DNA of 64,000 nt from Squalus acanthias (Eukaryota). The position numbers and the translations under genes were made by a program. The stretch spans positions 806,001-870,000 of the forward strand of contig JASTWF010000114.1 of assembly GCA_030390025.1 (NCBI GenBank), in the 5' to 3' direction. Numbering within the stretch: the stretch's first letter is position 1; each line of letters begins with the position of its first letter. This document shows positions 12,356 through 25,124 of the stretch, piece by piece. Below the pieces are notes generated by a model, which was not told the DNA's origin, made no database searches, and saw only the letters and a list, made by a program, of their open reading frames with translations.

Positions 12356-13252
12356 AGGAAACCATAGACCAGTTAGCCTAACATCTGTTGTTGGGAAAAT
12401 GCTGGAGTCCTTCATTGAGGAAGCATTAGCAGGGCATTTGGAAAATCATAATGCAATCAAGCAGAGTCAGCCTGGTTTATGAAAGGGAAATCATGTTTTA
12501 CAAATTTGCTGGATTTCTTTGAGGATGTAACGAGCAGGGTGGACAAAGGTGAACCAGTGGATGTGGTGTATTTGGATTTACAGAAGGCATTCGATAAGGT
12601 GCCATATAAAAGGTTACTGCATAAGATAAGAGCTCACGGAATTGGGGGTAATATATTAGCATGGATAGAGAATTGGCTATCTAACAAAAAGCAGAGACTC
12701 GGGATAAATGGGTAATTTTCCGGTTGGCAAACGGTAACTAGTGGGGTGCCACAGGGATCGGTGCTGGGGCCTCAACTATTTACAATCTACATTAATGACT
12801 TGGGTGAAGGGACCGAGTGTAATGTAGCCAAATTTGCGTATAATATAAAGATGGGTGGGAAATCAATTTGTGCAGAGGACTCAAAGAATCTTCAAAGGGA
12901 TATAGAAAGTTTCAGTGAGTGGGCAAACATTTGGCAGATGGATTATAACGTGGGAATGTGCGAGGTTATACACTTTGGCAGGAAAAATAAAAAAACAAAT
13001 TATTATTTAAACGGAGAGCGATTACAAAATGCTACAGTTCAGAGGGACCTGGGGGTCCTTGTGCATGAAACACAAAAATTTAGCAGGCAGGTACAGCAAA
13101 TAATCAAAAAGGCAAATGGAATATTGGCATTTATTTCAAGGGGGTTGGAGCATAATAGCAGAGAAGCCCTGCTACAACTGTATAGTATATTGATGAGACA
13201 ACAGCTTGAGTGCTGCATGCAGTTTTGGTCTCCTTATTTAAGGAAGGATATA
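12356..13252 (+). mobile_element. CR1 RT fragment shared with duplication copy 3 (23926-24820, inverted)
   Basis: KGKSCFTNLLDFFEDVT..YLDLQKAFDKVP and PQGSVLGP motifs. Confidence 0.9.
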
Positions 13253-16200
13253 GAGTCATAGAGATATACAGCGCTGAAAGAGGTCCTTCGGCAGATCGTG
13301 TCCACGCCGGCTGTCAAGCCCAGTCTATTCTAATCCCATTTCCAGCAGTTGGTCCGTAGCCTTGTATGCTATGGCGTTTCATGTGCTCATCTAAATGCTT
13401 CCTGAATGTTGTGAGGGTTCCTGCCTCTACCACCCTTTCAGGCAGTGAGTTCAAGTATCCAAACACCCTCTGGGTGAAATAGTTTCTCCTCAAATCCCCA
13501 CTAAAAATCCTCCCCTTTATCTTGAAACTATGCCCCCTGGTTGTTGAACCCTCTGCTAAGGGGAAAAGTTCCTTTCTATCTACCCTATCTATGTCCCTCA
13601 TAATTTTGTACACCTGAATCCGGTCCCCACTCAAGCTTCTCTGCTCTAAGGAAAACAAAACCACCCTGTACAGTCTCTCTCCATAGCTGAAGAGCTCAAG
13701 CCCAGGTAACAGCCTGGTGAATCTCCTCTGCACCCTCTCCAATGCAATCACATCCTTCCTATAGTGTGGCGACCAGAACTGCACACAGTATTCCAGCTGT
13801 GGCCTAAGTAGCGTTATGTACAGCTCCATCATAACATCCCTGCTTTTATATTCTATGCCTCGGCTAGTGAAGGCAAGCGTCCTATTGGCCTTTTTAACCA
13901 CCTTATCTACCTGTCCTGCTGCCGTCAGCGATCTGTGTACATGCACATGCTCTGATCCTCTGTCCTTCCTAGGGTCCTACCATTCATTGTGCATTCCCTT
14001 GCCTTGTTAGTCCTTCCAAAATGCATCACCTCACACTTTTATTGGTTAAATTCCATTTGCCACTGTTCTGCCCATCTAATCAACCAATCTATATCGTCCT
14101 GTAGCCTGAGGCTTCCCTCCTCGCTATTTACCACTCCACCAATTTTCGTGTCATCTGCGAACTTACTGCTCATACTTCCTACCTTCATATCTAAATCAAT
14201 AATGTGCACTACAAACAGCAAAGGACCAAGCAGCGAGCCCTGTGGAATTCCACTGGACACAGGCTTCCAGTCAGAAAAGCAACCTTCGACCATCACGCTC
14301 TGCCTACTGCCACTAAGCCAATTTTGGATCCAATGCGCCAAATTGCCCTGGATCCCACGGGGTCTTACCTTCTCGACCAATCTCCCATGCGGGACTTTAT
14401 CAAAAGCCTTACTGAATTCCATGTAGACTACATCAACTGCACTTCCATCATCCGCACACCTAGTCACCCCCTCGAAAAATTCAATCAAAGTGGTTAGACA
14501 TGACATCTCCTGACAAAGCCGAGCTGATTATTCTTGACTAATCCTTGCCTCTCCAAGTGGAGACTAATTTTGTCCCTCAAAATTTTTTCCAATAATTTCC
14601 CTACCACTGATGTTAGTCTCACTGGCCTGTAATTCCCTGGTTTATCCCTACTACCTTTCTTGAATAATGGAACTACATTAGCTATTCTCCAGTCCTCTGG
14701 CACCTCCCCTGTGGCCAGAGAAGTTCTGAAAATTTGGTCAGAACCCCTGCAATCTCCACCCTTGCCTCAACAGCAGACTGGGCACCCAACAGCCCTCTGG
14801 ACTCAACATTGAGTTCAACAATTTCAGATAATAACCTTGGCCCCTTTCACATATATATATGTTTTAATTTTATTTTTTCATCCACCCATTTGTTGGGTCT
14901 TTTATTTCCCTCCCACCAGCTGGCAGCTGTCCTTCATTCTGCCAGCGCAGTTCACACTTCATCTAGCCTCTACCTGTCACATTGCCACCTCCTCTTGCCT
15001 TGATTATCTATTTATGTCTCTTGATCTCTCCTGCTTTCTATCGCACTACTGACCTCGCCTTTTGTTCTTCCATCCCCTCCCCCTTTTCCCAGCATTATTC
15101 TTGCTTTAAATCTATTTCAGTTCCTGCTTTTTTCCAGTTCTGACTAAAGGTCTTCGACCTGAAACGTTAACTCTGTATCTCTCGTCACGGATGCTTCCTG
15201 GCCTGCTGAGTTTTTACAGCGTTTTCTCTTGTTATTTCAGCCCGGAATACATGCCGTCTGCGCCTGTGGATTGATCCACTTTTAAGCCCGCTATAACCGC
15301 TAGTAGCTCCTCCTTCTCAATACTAATTTGTTCAAGTATAACCCCCTGCCTGATTTCTAAGCCTACATCGTCCTGCTCCATAGTGAACACAGATGCAAAA
15401 TATTCATTTAAAACCCCACCTACATCATCCGGGTCTACACACAGATTGCCACTTTGGTCCCTAATGGGCCCTACTCTTTCCCTGGTTATCCTCTTCCTCT
15501 TAATATACTTATAAAATACTTTGGGATTCTCCTTTATTTTGCCCGGCAATGGTTTTTCATGCCCCCTCTTCGCTCTCTTAATCTCTTTTTAAGTACCCCC
15601 TGCATTTTCTATACTCCTCTAGGGCTTCCACAGTTTTTAGTCCTTTGTATCTGCCAAATGCCTGCCTTTTTTTCCTAATCCATTCTTGTATATCCCTTCA
15701 CATCCAGGGTTCCCTGGGCTTGTTGGTCCCACCCTTGACTTTTACGGGAACATGTTTGCGTTGTTCTCTCTCTATTTCCTTTCTGAAAGACTCCCAATGT
15801 TTCCTTCAAGTATCTGATCCCAGTCCACTTTGACCAGATCCTGCCTTATCATATTAAAATCGGCATTCCACAATTTGGAAACTTTATTTCCGGTCCACCT
15901 TTGTCCTTTTCCATGACTACCTTAAATCTCACCGAATTATGGTCATTGTCACCAAAATGCTCTCCTACTGCCACTTCTACCACTTGCCGGGCTACATTCC
16001 CCAGAATTAGGTCCAGTACCGCCCCCTCTCTTGTAGGACTTTCTACATGCTGGCGCAAAAAGCTCTCCTAGATGCACTTTAAGAATTCCGCACCCTCTAA
16101 GCCTTCCACACTCTGACTATCCTAGTTAATGTTGGGGAAGTTGAAATCCCCTACTGTTATTACCCTATTATTTCTATACTTCTCTGAGATTTGCCTCCAT

Positions 16201-17280
16201 ATCTGTCCCTCTATCTCCCCCTGACTGTTTCGGGGCCTATAGTACAATCCCAGCAAGGATTTTGGACCCTTTCCGGTACAGGTGCAACCCGTCCGACTTG
16301 TACAGGTCCCACCTTCCCCAGAAGCAGACCCAGTGATCAAGGAAACTGAAGCCATCCCTCCTGCACCAAGTCTTTAGACAGGCATTCATCTGCTCTCTCC
16401 TCCTATTCCTGTACTCACTAGCACGTGGCACCGGGAGTTATCCAGCGATTACAACCTTTGAAGTCCTGCTTTATAATCTGCTACCTAGCTCCCTAATTAC
16501 TTGTTGCAGGACCTGATCCCTCTTTCTACTCATGTCGTTGGTACCAATGTGAACCAGGGCCTCTGACTGTTCACCCTCCCCCTTCAGAATGCCCTGCAGC
16601 CGTTCAGTGACTTCCTTGACCCTGGCACGAGGGAGGCAACATGACATCCTGGAGTCATGTCTGCTGCCACAGAAACGTCTATCTGTTCCCCTTATGATAG
16701 AATCCCTTATCACTATTGCTCTCCTACTCTTTTTCCTCCCCACCTGTGCAGCTGAATCACTCGTAGTGCCACGGACATGGCTCTTGCTGCATTCCCCTGA
16801 GAAACCATCTCCCCCAGTAGTATCCAACATGGAAAATCTTTCGGAGAGGGAGATGGACCCAGGGGACTCCTGCACTACCTTCCCAGTTATTTTACTCTGT
16901 CTGGCGGTCATCAATTTCGTGTCTGCCTGTGCACTCTTTACCTGCGGTGTGACCACCTCGTTAAACGCGTAATCCATGAAGATCTTAGCTTTGCGGATAC
17001 TCCACCGTGACTCCAGCAGCAGCTGCAGCTCTGAAATGCGGATTTCGAGTAGCTGCAGCTGTAGACACTTCCTGCACATGTGTTCGCCCTGGGCACCGAA
17101 AGTGTCCCTGACTTCCCACATAGCACAGGAGGAGCACTCCACGGTGCCGAGCTGCCCTGCCATGACCTACCCTTAAATTATTCCCTTTACTTCCTTTAAA
17201 TTAAAGAATATTAAACACACTAGGGACCTTACTTCCCTTTAAACACTACTTACTCTAAACTGGAGACCTTACTTTACTCA
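13253..17280 (-). mobile_element. Near full-length decayed CR1 LINE (ORF1 17163..~16250, internal deletion, ORF2 fragments, 3' tail)
   Basis: ORF1 esterase; GDFNF endonuclease motif; KFADDTK RT motif; (ctatgact)-type tail at ~13253. Confidence 0.9.
14771..15240 (+). mobile_element. Penelope-like (Neptune-type) 3' fragment nested in CR1, with a degenerate hammerhead
   Basis: GIY-YIG C-terminal peptide RLGTQQPSGLNIEFNNFR*; ctgactaa-aggtc-ttc-gacct-gaaacgtt at ~15140-15168. Confidence 0.7.
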
Positions 17281-18080
17281 GAGTGGGGAGTTAGGGATTG
17301 ACTCCAAAAAGGGGAAGTGTTCAAAATCACAGAGCCCCGGAAACAACTGACCCCGCCGCTTAATTATTGAACTGGAACAGGGTTTAAAACGGGAACTGCG
17401 CGCATTAATCGGACCCGCAGTAAATTAAAGGCAAGGTGACATTTGATTAATATTGTGCCGAGTTTTATTTATCCTCCTGAGTTTTAAAGGAGGTGACTCT
17501 GACTACAATAGAACAAATTCTCTTTATTCCTGTGGCAGGGTGTAAAATGCTGCTTTCTTCCCCTCTTTCTCATTCAACTAATTCGCTCCTTACTCCGCCT
17601 CAGGTATTTTCTTATCAGAAATGTATTTACAGACTGAAGCCCAAATCATATTTGTCAATTGCAATAACACTTTTAAAGGATTGACAATTCCAGGGTTGTC
17701 TTGCTGCTAATTTAGAGAAGCGAACGTCAGTCTATTATGAAAGATGCATTTTAGTGGTAAAGTTTATTTTAAAATCTGATGAATTATATCAGAGAATAAC
17801 AGCGCGTTATCAGAACGATTCCGGCCGAAGTGCATCAGCTGATCCGTATCTCTACAATCCGTCCCTCAATTTTCTGGAGTAGAAGTCAGACTAAATATTC
17901 ATTAAACGCAAAAATCTTCGAAATCTTGGAATCTTCCCTTAACAGAATCTCCATTTGGAGATTATACATTTTTATAAACTAAAGGTTTAAGATTTTAATA
18001 ATTTAATTAGGCACAAGTAGGTTTAAAAAAATACCCGACTTAAAAATCTGCCTCCTTCCTTTTCCTGGCTCCACCCAGCC

Positions 18081-18101
18081 ATTTGCATACCGGGTTATAA
18101 A
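18081..18101 (+). promoter_or_regulatory. Ig promoter: octamer ATTTGCAT (18081-18088) + TATAAA (18096-18101)
   Basis: Canonical light-chain octamer orientation, 140 bp upstream of the leader ATG at 18221. Confidence 0.9.
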
Positions 18102-18220
18102 TAGACCCGGAGTCGCGGGTATGCAGCCACTGTAACCGGACCGGGTCCCGGAGTTTACAGGAACAGCGCACGGCTCAATCGGAAATATGAGCGGTGGCTG
18201 TTGGCGCTTCTCCTCAGGAA

Positions 18221-20958
18221 ATGGCTCCAGCGATGCATCTCCTGTGGGCTCTGCTGATCCATTTAACAGGTGAGAGACGGATGGTTTTAGTCACGGGTTT
18301 ATTCGCAAATAAATCGGTTCAATACCGAGAATCAAGCGGTTTTCCCTCCGTGTTTATTGACGCATAAACGTCGTAGTTTCTACAAGTCTCTGAATGGGTT
18401 GATTTTTTTCCTTGTATTGAAGGTGTCTTGGCGTTTCCCGTCCTCAATCAGTCCCCAATATCCTATCCTGTCTCCGCGGGTCAGACCGCCCGGTTAAAGT
18501 GTGCGATGCAGAACGGGGCTGTGGGCAGGAAGAATGTGAACTGATTACGAAAGCGACCCGGTGAACCTCCGGTGTGGGTGCTAAGCTATGAAACAGACAA
18601 TGATATATACCGAGGCACCGGTTTCACAGAACGTTTTCAACCTTCCAGAGACTCCTACGGTAACAGTTACATTCTGACTATCGGATCCTTGTTGCCCGGT
18701 CACTCCGCCGTCGATTACTGTGCTGTGTGGGACTCGGAAATCATCTTCGGACCGGGGACCATCCTGAGTATAAAGAGTAAGTGACTCTCTCATTCTATCA
18801 AAAACGTAGTTTCAATTATTAAAACTTTGCAGTCGCTTTCAATCCCTGTCGCCAGAGAAATCTCCATTCAGTGAATTTTGATGTTTGAACTATTTATACC
18901 CAAAAAAGGTTAAGCTGATCAGAATTGGAATTGTTGCAGCGCCTCGGGGAATAATACTGCGCTGAAATGATGTTTGACACCATGTCCTGCTCCCATTCAA
19001 TAGGGGAGATGAGGAGAAGTGTTCTTTTTACGCAGCGAATTGATGTGATCTGGAATGCACTGCCTGAAAGGGCGGTGGAACCAGATTCAATATTAACTGT
19101 CAAAAGCGAAATTGGACAAATACTTGAAAAGGATAAATGCATGGCCACGGGGAAAGAGCAGGAGCAGTGGGAATAATTGGATAGCTTTATTCAAAGATCC
19201 GGCACAAGCACGATGGGCCGAATGCCCTCAGCGGAGCACTGATTGATAAAATATTGACAGAGGAACAGGAGGAGTCCATTCAACCACTCGAGCATGTGTG
19301 AAAAATTGCTTCCCTCCTCAATGGCCGGGCTCTAATTTTACGTTGATGTCCCCTGATTCTTGATTCCCCGCCCACAGGGAATCGTTTCTCTGTGTTTTCC
19401 CGAGCGAATCCTTTTCCACATTTTAAACACTTCGAACAGATCACCTCTGAATCTTCTAAACTTAAGGGAATAGAAGCAATGTTTATGCAACCCGTCCCCA
19501 TAAGTTAACCCTCTAAGCCCCGGTATCTTTCGGCTGCGGCAAGAGATAGAGAGAGATAGAGGGGAAAGTTATGAGCTACACTGTGAAGTTCTGACATTGG
19601 ACACTGATTGCCCGACGCTGGCGGGAGTGACCCCGGGGGAATCCCAACCCATTTACCGTCATTTGCAAATTTCAATGTTGCTGCTGGTTTTATTCCCGTG
19701 GCGTATTGTCTCCCTGACCGCAGCCGTCGGGTGTCCAGCTCTGGGCTGGGAGAGAGAGAGGACCCTCCCGAGACCCGCTGTCCCAGCACAGAACCGGGTG
19801 CATCGACTCCCTGTCGCCAGCAACACCGGGAATAGTCGGGATTGTATTCGTTTAACGGGAATGGTTTTATGCTGAATTTCCTGTTCCGATAGTTAATCTG
19901 TCAGAGCTCATTATTCGCAACCTCCCCGCTGTTTCTAGAGCAGAACCGGCGCTTTATCATGGAGCGGCGCAGTGACAATTACTGACCAGCCCCGTGTGTG
20001 TGAGTGAGACTGGGTGATGCTTGTTGAAGGGAATTTTCTCTCCATCTCATTCGCTCCCTGCTCACCCTCTCCCATCCCCCAGGCTGTGTCTGCTGACTCT
20101 CCCTGTCCAGTGTCCCCCGGGGATAGCGCTGAAAATCCTGGATTGATCCCGCTACCGCCCAGTGTTGAACGGATCGCTCCGGGACCAGCGAGACTGACCT
20201 GATCCCGAGAGAGAAATCAGTTCACCCGCGCGGGGAGGAATCCTTACTTGCCTCTGTAGCGGGAGTCTTTTACAATCCTTGTTCCCCCTTTCACTAGAAA
20301 TATCGAACAGTGCGGACTCCCGGTGTAAAGCGGGTTACAGCTCTCCAATTCTACCTCTTTAAAGATAACACTGAACGCCTTTTAAGACAATCATACGCTT
20401 TATTATACTTAAGTGAACAGGAAAATACTGAAACTATTGCAATTTAAAAATAAACAGAAAATGCTGGGAATGCACGGTCGGGCGATCAGTGTCTGTAACG
20501 CCAACAGGCAGGTTAGTGCGGTTCCGGGGGTGTAACCTGCATCTGAACTAGTCAGTTGCTGATCTATCCGCCTCACACATGCTGACTGACCTGGACTGTA
20601 TTTCCAGCATTTTCTGCTTTTATTTTGCAGGAAAGAACGAAAGAAGGAAAGATAGAAAGAAAGCGTAAAGAAAGAAAAATGTTATTGGAACTCTAGTATT
20701 AAATAGTAACTTATTTTTAAACGAATTTTGTTCGGGGGTTCTTTGGCGTCTTTGATAACCGATCAGAGCATCCCACTGCTGACGGATTCCATCACAGAAT
20801 GGATTTTCTCTGCCCCCACACACAGGCAGTGAAGATCCAAGCCCCTCGGTTCTTCTCCTCTCTCCTCGGAAGAAATCTGCTCGGGATCGGCAGCTCTCTC
20901 CTGCCTGGTCATTCGCTTTAAGCCGGGCTTGGTGCGGCTCCGCTGGAGCGTCGATGGC
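18221..20958 (+). pseudogene. Ig light chain (sigma-cart) copy 2: leader 18221-18269, joined VJ 18423-18776, truncated C 20826-20958
   Basis: Leader MAPAMHLLWALLIHLT|G and intact splice sites. The conserved FR2 Trp is TGA (18542-18544). C has a 4-nt deletion (~20860) and is cut off at 20958. Confidence 0.93.
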
Positions 20959-21446
20959 TCTTTATATTCAGGGTGGACCCGGTCCGAAGCTGTTTCTCGG
21001 TCCCCACACAACACAGTAATCGACCGTGGAGTCACCGGGCACCACGGTTTTGATCGTCAGAATGTAACTGTTACCGGAGGCGTCTCTGGAAGGTTGAAAA
21101 CGGTTTCTGAAGCCGGAGCTTCGGTGTATGGTGCCATCGTTACTCTGCCAGTGCAACCACGCCGGAGGTTCACCGGGTCGCTGTCGGTACCAGTACACAT
21201 CGTAGCGGTTCACATTCTCGTTCTTCATCGCACACTCTAACCGGGCGGTCTGACCCACGGAGACAGGCTCGGATATTGGGGGCTGACTGAGATCACGAGC
21301 CGTCAAGACACCTTCAATAAAAGCAAAAAATCAACCCATTCAGAGACTTAGAGCAAATAGGACGTTAATGCGTCAATATACACGGAGAAAATACCGCCCG
21401 ATTCTCGGTATATAACCGATTTAGTTGCGGATAAACCCGTGACATT
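20959..21446 (-). pseudogene. Ig light chain (sigma-cart) copy 3: joined VJ exon 21311-20959; leader deleted after the ATG; no C exon
   Basis: QPPISEPVSVGQTARLECAMKN..WYRQRPG..VDYCVVWGPRNSFGPG; 1-nt deletion in J; gaaatg is fused directly to intronic tcacggg at ~21443. Confidence 0.92.
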
Positions 21447-21538
21447 TCCTCCGGAGAAGAGCCGACAGCCACCGTCCAAATTTCAGACTGGTTACAGTGT
21501 CTGCAAATCCGAGACTCAGGATCTATTTATTATCCGGA

Positions 21539-21546
21539 ATGCAAAT
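21539..21546 (-). promoter_or_regulatory. Octamer of copy 3 promoter (TATA degraded to AATAAAT)
   Basis: atgcaaat on the + strand = ATTTGCAT on the - strand, at the position homologous to 18081. Confidence 0.85.
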
Positions 21547-22600
21547 AGTTGGGATGGTCCCGGGCATGGTTTGAGGCAGATTTTTAATTCGGTGTTTTTT
21601 AAAACCTATTTGTGCCTGATTAAGTTAATACAATCTTAAACCTTTAATTTACAAATGTTTAATCTCCAATTGGAGTTTCTGTTAAGCGATGGTTCCACGA
21701 TTCCGAAGATTTTTGCGTTTAATGAATATTTAGTCTGTGTTCTACCCCAGAAAAAAATGTGGGGCGGATTGTAGAGATACGGATGAGCTGATGCACTTCG
21801 GCCGGAATCGTTCTGATAACGCGCTATTACTCTCTGATATACTGCATCAGATTTTAAAGTAATCTTTTCCCCTAAAATACATATTTCATAATCGACTGAC
21901 GTCCCTTTCTCTAAATCAGCAGCAAGACAACCCTGGATGTGTCAATCCCTTTAAAATTGGGGTTTTAATTGACAAAGATGGTTTGGGCTTCAGTCTGTAA
22001 ATACATTTCTGATGAGAATATTCCTGAGGCGGCGTAAAGAAGAAATAGTTGAATGAGAAAGAAGGGAAGAAAGCGGCGTTTTTCACCCTGCCCCGGATTA
22101 AAGAGAAATTGTTCTATTTTAGTCTGAGTAATCCCCTTTAAAACTCAGGAGGGCAAATAAAACACGCAAAATATCAATAAAATGACATCTTGTCTTTAAT
22201 TTGCTGCGGGTCCGATTAATGTGCGCAGCTCCCGTTTTAAACACTGCTCCAGTTGAATTATCAAACGGCGGGGTCAGTTGTTTCTGGGGCTCTGTAATGT
22301 TGAACATTTCCCCTGTTTGGAGTCAATCCCTAACTCCCCACACTGAGTATTGGTTCATGTTTTTAAAAGTCAGATTGAAACTGTTTGTTGTCACTTACTT
22401 GAGGGCGAAAGAAACATGCATCAATTTGTTAATAAATTGGTTGGCTCGCAATTTTAGCGTCAAAGGAATAATATTTTTTGTTTAATATATATCTGCATTG
22501 TGTAAATGTGAAGTTCGGTATTCCCCCCTGTTCCTTAGAACAACACACAGAGTGGCCGCGGGGATTCTCGTTCCCTGGAGTAGCCGGCACTGAATTCGGT

Positions 22601-24820
22601 CATAAGAAGATAAGAACATAAGAAATAGGAGCAGGAATAGGCCACTTGGCCCCTCGAGCCTGCTCTGCTATTCAATAAGATCATGGCTGATCTTGGGCTC
22701 AAAGCCACATCCCCGCCCGCTCCCCATAACCCTTCACTCCCTTATCTGAGAGACGAGATTCCTCCTCATCTCAGTTCTAAAAGGGCGACTCTTTATTCTA
22801 AAACTGTGCCCCCGAGTTCTAGACTTCCACACGAGGGGAAACATCCTCTCTAAATCTACCTTGTCGAGACCCCTCAGTATCTTATATGTTTCAATAAAAT
22901 CACCTCTCATTCTTCTAAATGCCAATGAGTATAGGCGCAGCCTGCTCAACCTTTCCTCATAAGTCAATCCCCTCATCTCTGGAATTAACGTCGTGGATCG
23001 TCTCTGAACTGCCTCCAATGCAAGTATATCCTTCCTTAGTGAACGCAGAAGCAAGCGTCATCTGCATACTGTAATTCGACGGCAGAGGATTGGACGACCT
23101 TGGATCTGGACTGGAGGCGACGGAGCATTGCTGCAAGGAAGATCGAGAAGAGCGTTGGTACGATGACACAGCCTTGCTTGACTCCGGTTCATAATTGAAT
23201 TGGGTCTATGGTGGAACCGTTGGTCAGGGTCACGGCTTGCAGGTTGTCGTGAAGCAGGCGGAGGATGGTGAAAAACTTTTGAGGGCTGCTGAATTTGAGG
23301 ATGACACTCCATAATCCATCACGGTTGACAGTGTTGAAGGCCTTTGTGAGGTCAAAGAAGGCCATGTCACGGGGTTGGTGCTGTTCCCTGCATTTCTCTT
23401 GTAATTGACGTGCAGTGAAGATCATGTCCATTGTGCCACTTAGTGGGCGGAATCCGCATTGCGAATCTGGGAGGAGCTCTTCGGACAATGGGAGAAGGCG
23501 ATTAAGGAGGATTCTTGCAATGATTCCCAAAACAAGCGCTCTACTCGGAGCTCCGGCACGGCAAGAGAGCCACAGGTGGGCAGAGGAAACACTTCAAGGA
23601 CACCTTCGAAGCCTCCTTGAAAAATTGTAACATCCCCACCGACACCTGGGGATCCCTGGCCCAAGACCACACAAAATGGAGGAGAAACATCCGGGAAGGC
23701 GCCGAACACCTGGAGTCTCTTCGCCGGGAGCAAGCGGAAGCCAAGCGCAGGCAACGCAAGCAGCGTACGTCAACAGAAGCACCCCACACATCCGCTCCTT
23801 CAAACCGTCTGCCCCACCTGTGACAGAGACTGTAGGTCCCGCATTCGACTCATCAGTCACCTGCAAACTCATTTTTAATGTGGAAGCAAGTCATCCTCGG
23901 TACCGAGGGACTGCCTAAGAAGATCCTTCCTTAAATAAGGAGAGCAAAACTGCAAGCAGCACTATAGGTGTGCTCTCACTAATAACCTGTACAGCTGTAG
24001 CAGGGCTTCCCTGCTTTTATACTCCAACCCCCTTGAAATAAAAGCCAATATTCCATTCGCCTTTTTGATTACTTGGTGTACCTGCATGCTAACATTTTGT
24101 GTTTCATGAACAAGGACCCCCAGGTCCCTCAGAACTGTAGCATTTTGGAATCTCTCTCCGTTTAAATAATAATTTGTTTTTTTTATTTTCCACGCCAAAG
24201 TGTATAACCTCGCACTTTACCACGTTGTAATCAATCTGCCAAATGTTTGCCCACTCAGTTAACCTTTCTATATCCCTTTGAAGATTGTTTGAGTCCTCTG
24301 CACAACTTGCTTTCCCACCCATCTTTGTATCATCCGCAAACTTGGCTAAATTACACTCGATCCCTTTATTCTAGTCTTTAATGTAGATTGTAAATAGTTG
24401 AGGCCCCAGTACCGATCCCTGTGGCACTCCACTAGTTACCGTTTACCAACCGGAAATTGACCCATTTATCCCGACTCTCTGCTTTCTGTTAGTTAGCCAA
24501 TTCTCAATCCATGCTAATATATTATCCCCAATTCCGTGAGCTCTTATCTTATGCAGTAACCTTTTATGTGGCACCTTATCGAATGCCTTCTGGAAATCCA
24601 AATACAACACATCCACTGGTTCATCTTTGTCCACTCTGCTCGTTACATCCTCAAACAACTGCAACAAATTTGTAAAACATGATTTCCCTTTCAAAAAACC
24701 ATGCTGAATCTGCTAGATTGAATTATGATTTTCCAAATGCCCTGCTACTGCTTCCTTAATGAAGGACTCCAGCATTTTCCCAACGACAGATGTTAGGCTA
24801 ACTGGTCTATGATTTCCTGG
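22601..24820 (-). mobile_element. CR1 3' portion, interrupted by an RTE
   Basis: RT motifs and a (taagaaca)n tail at ~22602-22625; resumes after the RTE at 23923. Confidence 0.88.
23039..23922 (+). mobile_element. RTE-clade LINE with 5' inversion; 11-bp TSD atccttcctta (23028-23038 / 23923-23933)
   Basis: The - strand 23041-23530 encodes RT (SQCGFRP..DMIFTARQLQEKCREQ..FFDLTKAF). The + strand 23530-23922 encodes the C-terminus (KHFKDTFEASLKNCNI..) and an (aag)n tail. Confidence 0.85.
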
Positions 24821-25124
24821 GATTGGTTCTCACCTGGACAAGGGGCTTTTCGGTGAAGCCCAGGTGCTTGGTTCTGTTTCTGCTCTTGAACTGATCACTG
24901 ATTCCTCTGGTCTGTTAAAATTATTAAAGAGGCTTTGGAGCTGTGACTGGAGCTGCTCTCTCAAACTTCCACAGGGACCAAGAGCTTTGTCACTGCTGAC
25001 ACTGACACGGCTGACTGGAGAACCAATCAATCCAGAGCACTGGCCACACCACGCACTGCACCTTGGAAGCTGTAGTTCCACATTGGGCAACACATAAGAT
25101 CAGCGTGTCTATTGAAACCACTGT

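Noticed and set aside
18542-18544. TGA in copy 2 V as a recoded (Sec or readthrough) codon
   Set aside because: It is a simple TGG>TGA at the invariant Trp, and the same gene also has a frameshifted, truncated C exon.
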